Shown in pieces: positions 18,081-25,400 of a DNA stretch of 64,000 nt. The stretch's first letter is position 1. The number at the start of each line of letters is the position of its first letter. The stretch covers positions 34,045 to 98,044 of IMG/VR virus record IMGVR_UViG_3300047323_000694. The stretch is one strand, 5' to 3'. The notes beneath the pieces were generated by a model. The model was not told the DNA's origin, searched no databases, and was given only the letters and a program-made list of their open reading frames with translations. This DNA comes from a virus. Made by a program: the position numbers and the translations under genes.

Positions 18081-18142
18081 GGCGTCTCGGTCCGCAAATC
18101 AAGGTGCCATGATAGTGCTTCGGATGATTGGGCGGTAGACCC

Positions 18143-18168
18143 AAAAGAAAAGGCACCCGAAGGTGCCT
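18143..18168 (-). terminator. Terminator closing the ant-RAMP-RNA operon
   Basis: Minus strand AGGCACC-TTCG-GGTGCCT-TTTCTTTT. Confidence 0.88.
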
Positions 18169-18175
18169 ATTCAAT

Positions 18176-18307
18176 GCCGTTTACGGCCCATACCTAAACA
18201 TGCCGAAGCAAACCAGACCTTGCCACGTCACGCCGTACCAGAGCGAACCAGGCCAGACCAAATGATGCTTTCGCACCGCAATGCCGACTGTCGGCAATCG
18301 GCATTAC
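18176..18307 (-). ncRNA. Candidate guide RNA unit 2: structured leader, 14 G(G)Y-NN pentamers, 3' hairpin
   Basis: GTAATGCCGATTG-CCGA-CAGTCGGCATTGC stem, GGTGC-GAAA-GCATC hairpin, then GGTCT GGCCT GGTTC GCTCT GGTAC GGCGT GACGT GGCAA GGTCT GGTTT GCTTC GGCAT GTTTA GGTAT (18259 to 18190), then GG-GCCG-TAAA-CGGC. Confidence 0.75.
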
Positions 18308-18439
18308 GCTGTTTTCAGCCCATATCCTACCAAGCCCAGCCAAGTCTCAGCTTGCCGAACCATGCCACTCCAAGCCGTGGCCTGCCACATGGCGCTTTCG
18401 CACCGCAATGCCTTCTCGTACGAAAAGGCATGACGCTGC
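18308..18439 (-). ncRNA. Candidate guide RNA unit 1: structured leader, 13 G(G)Y-NN pentamers, 3' hairpin
   Basis: GTCATGCCTTTTC-GTAC-GAGAAGGCATTGC stem, GGTGC-GAAA-GCGCC hairpin, then GGCAG GCCAC GGCTT GGAGT GGCAT GGTTC GGCAA GCTGA GACTT GGCTG GGCTT GGTAG GATAT (18386 to 18322), then GG-GCTG-AAAA-CAGC. Confidence 0.75.
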
Positions 18440-18904
18440 CTACTCCGCCCTGAGTGTTTTGGATGCCATACCTTGCAGCTGCGTAAGTTTTGCAACGGCG
18501 TCAACGTTTCTCCGGCGCTCACCATCGGACAGCTCGCTCAATCTGAGGTTGCGCAGCTTCTGTCCTGCTGAGCTGAAAATCTTCTTCGCTCCACGCTGGA
18601 AGTCGGCGACCGCGATATCAGTCTGCTCATTAGGAGGAACCCAGCGGTAGCCCTTGCCCCTGATGGATTGCAGGCAGATCTGATGATCTCGCAGCAACTC
18701 GACCTTGAATGCCTCGACGTTGGCCAGCCATTCAAACTGACGCTCTCGAAACTTGTCGGCGGTGAGCTGCTGGTCTTCGGCTAAGCCTGGCATACCGAAT
18801 CTCACCTCCAGCCAGTCATGCCCGACGATATCGCCATACTTGAACTCAGCGATAAAATCCTGCACGGCCTGGCGCCATAATGGATAACGAGCCACCTCAC
18901 TCAT
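18440..18904 (-). CDS. Accessory protein of the RAMP/pentamer-RNA module (possible winged helix)
   Basis: 154 aa from MSEVARY; start overlaps the RAMP gene stop; LQSIRGKGYRWV resembles a wHTH wing. Confidence 0.7.
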   Translation of the reverse strand: MSEVARYPLWRQAVQDFIAEFKYGDIVGHDWLEVRFGMPGLAEDQQLTADKFRERQFEWLANVEAFKVELLRDHQICLQSIRGKGYRWVPPNEQTDIAVADFQRGAKKIFSSAGQKLRNLRLSELSDGERRRNVDAVAKLTQLQGMASKTLRAE

Positions 18905-19472
18905 AAGCCACCTCGAAGCGCCCGAAGCGCGGGCGATACTCACAGACACCAATCAGCTTTCCAGAGTCTGAGATAGCCTTCTTTGCCTCTTTCAAGTCCA
19001 GCACATCAGGATTGACCACAACCTCAAGCGTCACAGCCCAGTCGAGAAAGATCGGGCGATAGCGCATGATCTTCGCCTGCCCTACTTTCACGCCCCGGCA
19101 GTCAACGAAGCGAGTGTCTTCCCAGAGCTTAGCGGGAGTGTCTGGGCCGTCGAACTCAAGCTTCGCCTTGTCCGTCATTACCATGGCGCCGCGCTTCCAG
19201 TGGACGCCAAGCTTTTGGAGTTTCGCCCCCGCCCAGAATGTCGCATCGAAGTTTTGGCCCGGCACGAAGAAACCTGTTTTCTCGTCGAAATACGCACCTG
19301 AGACGAATTCGGATCGAGCAATTGCCAAATGATCGTCGTCGGTTTTTTTGCGTTTTCCGGTCAGCTCCTTGTGAGCTTTGGTCTCTGGCAATAGAGGGTT
19401 TGCCAGCCGGTCGCTGTGCATCATGAGTGGAGAGGTGCCCGTGATGCGGATGTTCAACATTTCCATGCTCAT
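18897..19472 (-). CDS. RAMP / Cas7(Csm3)-like RNA-binding protein
   Basis: N-terminal IRITGTSPLMMH, FFVPGQNF (cf. IPGSSlKG), putative thumb hairpin VKVGQAKIMRYRP, C-terminal Gly-loop GKLIGVCEYRPRFGRFEV. Confidence 0.7.
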   Translation of the reverse strand: MSMEMLNIRITGTSPLMMHSDRLANPLLPETKAHKELTGKRKKTDDDHLAIARSEFVSGAYFDEKTGFFVPGQNFDATFWAGAKLQKLGVHWKRGAMVMTDKAKLEFDGPDTPAKLWEDTRFVDCRGVKVGQAKIMRYRPIFLDWAVTLEVVVNPDVLDLKEAKKAISDSGKLIGVCEYRPRFGRFEVAYE

Positions 19473-20356
19473 GCTGCACTCCCCATGGCGTAACCGCCAT
19501 GCATGCCAAAACTGGTGTATTGGGCGTAGATCTCTTCGCGGCGTTTATCGAGATTGAAGAATGCGGAGTGCCCGCCCTGCAACTGATCGAAAAATGCCAT
19601 CAGCGGGCGGGAGTCCAGCGCACGCGCTGCGTGCAGCATGTCGCGCTTGTATTTGTGCATGGCTGAAAAGCAAGACATCAGCAAGTACAGGTGCTGGGTC
19701 TCAACGCGGTCTAGATGGATTCCTTCCTTTTTGCCTGGACCCCGGATGTATTCGCCCTCCTTCACCTCGTACGCTGCGATGAAGTTTCTGGCGGAGTCGA
19801 GTTGGTCGGCAGGAATGTCAGCCGCCGAACGCACACCGAACGCTGCATGAGTTTGCGACCAGAGCTTTGCAGTGGCGCGGCGCTGAATGGCGAGAGGTAG
19901 GTTGGTCACCTTGCCCTTGATCACCGCGCCGAGCATATGAAAGCCGTCGGTGCCGATGGTCTGACTCATAATGGTGGCGGCTTCCGAAGGAGCAACCTGA
20001 TGGAGTCGCTTCTCGCACTCAATAAAGTAGCGGCGAGCCTGACGCCCCTTGTCGTTGTTTTCGACCATGGAAAGCTCTTTTGCCATATCCAGCGTGAGGT
20101 GATAGTCAATGCGATTGCTGCCGCCCCGCTTTGCTTCATTTTTTTGTGAAGCAATCACATAGTCAGAGCCTTCTTCAAAGCCGAACTTCACAATCTTCAT
20201 TGTCAGCCAGTCAGAGAACTGGCGGCGGCTTTCAAGAAAAGCATGAAGGGTGCGAGCATCGACGAGCCCTTCTTCTCGTCCGGAAATTGCGCCCCGGAGG
20301 ATTGGTACAATTGAGCTAACGTTGTTTTCTGTACCATTTACGTTAATATTACTCAT
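19469..20356 (-). CDS. ant: Phage antirepressor (AntA/AntB N-terminus plus P22 Ant-like C-terminus)
   Basis: VDARTLHAFL..RRQFSDW, DYHLTLDMAKELSMVE...GRQARRYFIECEK; likely start MSNIN at 20356. Confidence 0.85.
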   Translation of the reverse strand: MSNINVNGTENNVSSIVPILRGAISGREEGLVDARTLHAFLESRRQFSDWLTMKIVKFGFEEGSDYVIASQKNEAKRGGSNRIDYHLTLDMAKELSMVENNDKGRQARRYFIECEKRLHQVAPSEAATIMSQTIGTDGFHMLGAVIKGKVTNLPLAIQRRATAKLWSQTHAAFGVRSAADIPADQLDSARNFIAAYEVKEGEYIRGPGKKEGIHLDRVETQHLYLLMSCFSAMHKYKRDMLHAARALDSRPLMAFFDQLQGGHSAFFNLDKRREEIYAQYTSFGMHGGYAMGSAA

Positions 20357-20428
20357 GACGATTTCTTCCTCGAAGCTGATCTCGTTTCCTGAAGCCCTGG
20401 CGTCTCGTAAACGCTGGGGCTTTTTCGT
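20350..20428 (+). ncRNA. Putative sar-like antisense RNA covering the ant ribosome-binding site
   Basis: Plus-strand hairpin AGCCCTGGCGT-N7-ACGCTGGGGCT-TTTT between arc and ant, with TAATAT at 20344-20349; same layout as P22 sar. Confidence 0.45.
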
Positions 20429-20430
20429 TT

Positions 20431-20604
20431 TCAGGCCGTTGCCTGCTTGCTCTGCATTTCCCGCCATCTCAGACCCTCCTCAATTAACAGGCCAAGTTCC
20501 GCATTCAAGCTGCGGCGGTTTGCTTGGGCCTGCGTGCGCGCCCTCTCTCTGAGCTCTTGCTCTATACGCAAGCTGTAGGCGTTTGCCTGATGCCTGTCAT
20601 TCAT
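20431..20604 (-). CDS. arc: Arc-like ribbon-helix-helix repressor (57 aa; not in the ORF track)
   Basis: Manual translation MNDRHQANAYSLRIEQELRERARTQAQANRRSLNAELGLLIEEGL...; upstream of ant. Confidence 0.8.
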   Translation of the reverse strand: MNDRHQANAYSLRIEQELRERARTQAQANRRSLNAELGLLIEEGLRWREMQSKQATA

Positions 20605-20738
20605 GGCGCTTCCCTTTCGTGTGGATTCATAATGCAGTCAAACGATATCGCCACCCCATTGTGCCGTCAAGTGGATTCTTGATTCTTTTTGAGGCCACGC
20701 CCAAACTCTCATTTCATATCACCGTATCGTGGAAAATC

Positions 20739-21107
20739 ATGTCAGACCGGCACGTCCTCCCCCCTTATTCCCTGCGCATGTCTGCCGAGCTGAGAGAGCA
20801 ATTGGAGTCAGCCGCCAAAAACAGCAAGCGCAGCCTTAATGCTGAAATCGTCGCCAGGATCGAGCGAACATTCGCCGAGGATGAGAGTAATGCCGACATC
20901 GAAGCGTACGCAGAGTGGGCTAGGCAGAACCCGCAAGAGTCGAATGAGGACAATATGATCAGCGCCTTGGCCTATCTTCGTCACCTCATCTCGTCCGCTG
21001 AAACTGGCATACGGAACATAGAGCGAATTCACGACGAAAGGACCGGCGAGCACGCCATGGCCGTCGACAATCACGGAAACCTCGTAAAAAGCTACGAGGC
21101 CGACTGA
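20739..21107 (+). CDS. Mnt/Arc-family repressor, divergent from arc
   Basis: PYSLRMSAELREQLESAAKNSKRSLNAEIVARIERTF. Confidence 0.82.
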   Translation: MSDRHVLPPYSLRMSAELREQLESAAKNSKRSLNAEIVARIERTFAEDESNADIEAYAEWARQNPQESNEDNMISALAYLRHLISSAETGIRNIERIHDERTGEHAMAVDNHGNLVKSYEAD

Positions 21108-21148
21108 TTGCCCGGCCAAACTATGTGGCTGGATGGCTATGGCAATCC

Positions 21149-22225
21149 CTATGCATCCTCAGTCGCCTTGACGAAGTCCTGCCAGAACCCAGTCGGCTCA
21201 GGTGGCGGGCCGCCGATGCCAAGCCCTCTATAAGCGATTGGTAGGCCATCGGTCTCATATAGCCCTTGGTTTCGCTTGTTGATCCGCGTCGTGACGACCC
21301 CAGAATTGAAGTCCAATACCGCCAACAACCCACGGTTATGCAACAGCACATGACTGTCATCAACCATGCCCACCAGGGTGTAGTCGGCGGCGAAGCTGCC
21401 TGTGACGTTATCATCCAGCTGTACTTGGAAGTCTCGAATATTGAGCACATTGGATGTTAGGTTTCGCACCGCGAGCGTGGTGTCGCCATACCGGTATACA
21501 AGCTGTTCGCCATCGCCGCTGAACCCAGCATTTTTGGACTTGTCAGTGTTGCTGCCTGAAGAGTCAGATGACATCAACAGAGTGGCGTCGACGTCGAATG
21601 TAGTGATGTTCTGTCTCAGGTTTGCCGGGGATAGAGCCATGAATCGCGCATCCGGGCTTGCTGTCACGCCAGCATAGGGCCCGTACGACCACGCCGTCTG
21701 CCCGAGGTCGATATAGGTAGATTGCGCCCCAGTACTGGCATTCAGCCGAAATATCCCTGTGGGGCTCCCGCTATTTTGATCGCGGGTTGAGATAACAATT
21801 AGATCTGCCACCCCGGTTACGCTGAAATCAGTGATCGGATCGGACGATAGAGAAATATACGACGGCGTAGTGTAGGGAGGTGGAATGCTAATCAGAACTC
21901 CGGGGGTGCCGAAAACGTAAGCGTAAAAATTACCCTCAGGGCCAAATCCGTACTGCCCGGCACTAATAAATCCGGTGATTGGCGTTGTTCGAATATTCCC
22001 GCTTGCCGTGTCGCAAAAATAGATAAAGCTGTCGTTAACTCCCTTGACCGCCAGGGTCGACCCATCTCTCGACAAGGTGCCATTGCCAAAGTTGTATGCC
22101 TGACTCTGCAGGGCGATCTGCGCGGTCTGCGCCCCACTAACCGAGTCGAACAGGAAAAGCGAGTAGACGTAATCATCATCAGGGGTCGCCCGAGTGCCAG
22201 CGTCAAGATAGCCAATAATCGCCAT
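21149..22225 (-). CDS. Virion-associated beta-propeller-like protein
   Basis: Repeated SRDGSTLAV / SPDARFMAL / FSGDGEQLVY blades; end of a late block. Confidence 0.55.
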   Translation of the reverse strand: MAIIGYLDAGTRATPDDDYVYSLFLFDSVSGAQTAQIALQSQAYNFGNGTLSRDGSTLAVKGVNDSFIYFCDTASGNIRTTPITGFISAGQYGFGPEGNFYAYVFGTPGVLISIPPPYTTPSYISLSSDPITDFSVTGVADLIVISTRDQNSGSPTGIFRLNASTGAQSTYIDLGQTAWSYGPYAGVTASPDARFMALSPANLRQNITTFDVDATLLMSSDSSGSNTDKSKNAGFSGDGEQLVYRYGDTTLAVRNLTSNVLNIRDFQVQLDDNVTGSFAADYTLVGMVDDSHVLLHNRGLLAVLDFNSGVVTTRINKRNQGLYETDGLPIAYRGLGIGGPPPEPTGFWQDFVKATEDA

Positions 22226-22241
22226 GAATAATCCTCTTCAG

Positions 22242-24452
22242 TTAGACCCGAACGATGGGCTCGTCTCGGGCCTGGGCGGCATTGCCGCAATGGAATGCGC
22301 CGGCGGGCGAGCCGTAATTCAGCATGACGGTCCAGCTCGCGCCAGAGTCGTAGCTGATCCACGTCGTGCCGTTTCTGATGTCCTGGCCGTTCTGCTCGGG
22401 CACCGAAATAGATGGAGCCCCCCAGCCTCTGGTAGCAATTAGAGTTGCTGGATGCCCTTTTCCAGTTGAGGCGTTGTAATTGTCGCTTTCCGGTCGAACA
22501 ACTTCGATTCGACCAACCCTTGGGCCCCAATAGACCTGAGTGAGTGTTGCCCCCCCAGTAACGCCCCCTCCAACAACTCCTGAATCGCTCAGAGTCGAAT
22601 CAATTACACCGGCCAGCTCTACCCCGCCCTCAAGGTCGAATATTGCGACTGCGAGATTCCCCTTCGGAGTAAAGAAAACGTCGTCCTCTTCAGGTGTTGT
22701 CCACTCTGAAGAGACATAAAACATAAACCGGCCATTGCCGATGTAGGAGACTTGGCCGTCACCGGTAGGCATTGTCCAGTACCGACTGGTATCTCGGTCA
22801 TTAGGGTCTTCTGCGTCAGGATCCAGTATAGGGTGATCCGTGTACTGAGCCGTTACTGCCTCGTCGAGGGCGCTTGATACGTTCTGAGCAAAGCCAGGCT
22901 TGCCCGAGTATGCGACAGACGCGCCTGATCGATTCGCAACGACGATACTTAGCAGGGGCGAACTGTCGGGGATAAAGGTTGAGAACAGTACCGAAACCAT
23001 CACTTCTCCATCGGTAGCTGATCCGCAAAAAAATCTCATCTCGTCGTCGCCAGCGTCGAACTTCACGTCATGCCCATATTGGCTCATGATTTGTTCGCCG
23101 TCTTTATCGTAGATGTCCGCTCGTAGCCGGGTCTTTTTGATGGCTTGAGATCGGCTCCCTCCACCGATAAACCAGCAGACATCTACGAATAGGTTTGCGC
23201 CCTTTGTAGAGGGAGTCGGGCTATCCTCGTCTTCCTTGGTTCGCTGGACATAAGAGATGTCAATCATCACCCCTTCGCCGGTATCCAGCATCACCGGAGA
23301 CGACTTGAAATGATGATTTGGCTGGTACCATGTACCTGCCGGCTGAGGATCATCCTCTTTCTCTGAAACTTTCCATGGGTGCCTATCCTCATCAGGGTCG
23401 TCAGCGCCGTCGATTTTGTATTGGGCTGTTATCTTCCCAGTTAACCCGTTGACATCTACTAGGCACGCCCACAGACCTTTTGAACCAGCGGCGCGCTTGA
23501 AATTGCCAGAGCCCCACCCGTATTCATTCGGCGTGTCATCGGTGTAATAAGGTCCACCTAAGTCGTACACCACCTGCCCTGCCACTATCATCCGGTAGGA
23601 CTGCTGGCCATCATCATCGACGTATGGCTGAGGTGCTGAGAAGGTCATCCATGGGTAGTTTTCAAGATCCCACGTCGCTTCATAGTTTGGCGAAGGCACC
23701 CCCATGCGCCGGACGAATGCCTTTGCCCCAACTGCAGCAAGGACCGACTCCCCGATTTCAAGTGACCAATGGATCATCGGTGAATTTACGTTTCCCTGGC
23801 CTGAAAACTGCCCAGGAGTATCGGTAGGCGTCCACAGCACATTGCTTGGGCTTAGCACATGGATGACATAGACGAATGGATCGCCCTCTCTCGCATAGGA
23901 TAGTGCCCAGCTCAGCTGATTGAGGGACAGGTACACGGCCGCAAACCCGTAGGCGCACCCAGCCCCATTAAACGATGTTCCAACCCCCCAAACGCGCGTA
24001 GCCACCTTGTTGCCAGCCCCCTCCGACCCAAGCTTGATGAATGTGTAAGGCCCGGCCAAGGCCGGCGGATCATCTTGGCTCTCGAGTACATCATCGATAG
24101 CGCCTGGCATATAGGTGTCACGCCCCAGGGGGAGCGGCTGCACGTATGCAAATTCCAGATAGACGTTGCTACCGATGATGTAACGCCCTGGCAGGCAGAG
24201 ATACCCTGGGCAATCCAGAATTATCGCGTTCAAGTGCACAGAATTTCGCACCAGCGGCGACTGCATGTGCGGCGGCAGCCCTGGCACATCTGGCTGGGTC
24301 TGGTTTTTCTTCGCGATTAGGATGTATCCCGACATGACTTTCTTTGAAGAAAGCGCCGGGCCATTACGCTTCCCTAAAGACTCGGCCATATCGACGACGG
24401 TCTTTGTCAAAAAAAGACCGGACGACGATATCGAGCGACGGACGACGGCCAT
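22242..24452 (-). CDS. Large virion/tail protein of unknown family
   Basis: 736 aa; C-terminal Asp-box-like WISYDSGASW; coupled to the upstream gene. Confidence 0.6.
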   Translation of the reverse strand: MAVVRRSISSSGLFLTKTVVDMAESLGKRNGPALSSKKVMSGYILIAKKNQTQPDVPGLPPHMQSPLVRNSVHLNAIILDCPGYLCLPGRYIIGSNVYLEFAYVQPLPLGRDTYMPGAIDDVLESQDDPPALAGPYTFIKLGSEGAGNKVATRVWGVGTSFNGAGCAYGFAAVYLSLNQLSWALSYAREGDPFVYVIHVLSPSNVLWTPTDTPGQFSGQGNVNSPMIHWSLEIGESVLAAVGAKAFVRRMGVPSPNYEATWDLENYPWMTFSAPQPYVDDDGQQSYRMIVAGQVVYDLGGPYYTDDTPNEYGWGSGNFKRAAGSKGLWACLVDVNGLTGKITAQYKIDGADDPDEDRHPWKVSEKEDDPQPAGTWYQPNHHFKSSPVMLDTGEGVMIDISYVQRTKEDEDSPTPSTKGANLFVDVCWFIGGGSRSQAIKKTRLRADIYDKDGEQIMSQYGHDVKFDAGDDEMRFFCGSATDGEVMVSVLFSTFIPDSSPLLSIVVANRSGASVAYSGKPGFAQNVSSALDEAVTAQYTDHPILDPDAEDPNDRDTSRYWTMPTGDGQVSYIGNGRFMFYVSSEWTTPEEDDVFFTPKGNLAVAIFDLEGGVELAGVIDSTLSDSGVVGGGVTGGATLTQVYWGPRVGRIEVVRPESDNYNASTGKGHPATLIATRGWGAPSISVPEQNGQDIRNGTTWISYDSGASWTVMLNYGSPAGAFHCGNAAQARDEPIVRV

Positions 24453-25400
24453 TTACTGACCGCTGCCGGTCGTAATGTTGGCCTGCAGGGTGCCTGCCGC
24501 GCTAGCCGCACCGTTGGCGATCGCTGCGAATGCGTTAGCCGCCGTAGCATGCGCATTGCCTGTGGAGTTCGAACCGTTGTTGGCAACTCGGTTTCGGTCG
24601 ATGTTCCCGTCGACGCCTGCCTTCGTCTCTGCCGCCCGGAGCTTCAACTGCTCAAGGTTCACTTCAACGCTGTAGTAGCTGGCCAGGGCGTTATAGAACG
24701 ACTGGTAGGCTGATGCCTTGATCTGGGCAGTCTGTGAGTCTAGTTGATACAGGGCGGTGTAGGAGCGGAACAGATCTGAAGCTGCGCCGAGAATACCCAG
24801 CTTCAGCTGATTGGCGAGTTGAACAGCCTGCTGTAGCAGTTGCACCCGAATATCCGCGTCCTTTTGGGTCTGGTCGCGGTTAACGTCAAGCACATTGTCT
24901 GTGCCACGTCGCTCAGAGAATGCGATCTGATCAACCATGGCGCCAGGCGGGAGCGAGAACCCCCGAGCAGAAAACGTCGCCGTTATAGTTGCTGTCTCGG
25001 ACCGTACCGTCCGCGATGCCCGGTCCCGTGCATGATCCCAGACCAAGTCGAAGATGGTGGATGCCGTACCAAATGGTGTAACGCCGCTGATCACGCCGAT
25101 CAGATAGTCCTCAGGAATCCCCTGGAAGTCACCGCTGATCGACGGGAAGTAAGTCTTCATCCACTCAGCAACATTGCCGTCAATGGCCTGGACGTTAGTC
25201 GCGGCGTTGTCCGTGCCGCCGAACAAGTCGCTGAACTTGGGTGGCGCTTCCAGGGCGATGTTGCCAACCGTGTACGAAAACGGCGTTTCCTTCAGTGTCG
25301 GCTTCGACGTGATCTGAATCCGGCCGGCGCTTCCCGATGCATAGCTCAGGGACTGCTGAGCCAGCGAAAATAGCTGACTGGTTGTGCTGTCGATGCTCAT
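24453..25400 (-). CDS. Helical virion (tail/ejection) protein
   Basis: Ala/Gln-rich with a SARGFSLPPG motif; start MSIDS overlaps the upstream stop. Confidence 0.62.
   Translation of the reverse strand: MSIDSTTSQLFSLAQQSLSYASGSAGRIQITSKPTLKETPFSYTVGNIALEAPPKFSDLFGGTDNAATNVQAIDGNVAEWMKTYFPSISGDFQGIPEDYLIGVISGVTPFGTASTIFDLVWDHARDRASRTVRSETATITATFSARGFSLPPGAMVDQIAFSERRGTDNVLDVNRDQTQKDADIRVQLLQQAVQLANQLKLGILGAASDLFRSYTALYQLDSQTAQIKASAYQSFYNALASYYSVEVNLEQLKLRAAETKAGVDGNIDRNRVANNGSNSTGNAHATAANAFAAIANGAASAAGTLQANITTGSGQ

Noticed and set aside
18176-18439. CRISPR array
   Set aside because: No 25-45-nt identical repeats alternating with unique spacers and no cas1/cas2; the periodicity is 5 nt within two structured units
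18163-18525. ORFs 18163-18453 (+) and 18304-18525 (-) as real proteins
   Set aside because: Low-complexity translations of the pentamer tracts without convincing RBS; covarying stems favour RNA function
20357-20467. N-terminal extension of the antirepressor ORF
   Set aside because: Overlaps the arc gene end and the sar-like hairpin; a good RBS (GAGGAAG) precedes the ATG at 20356
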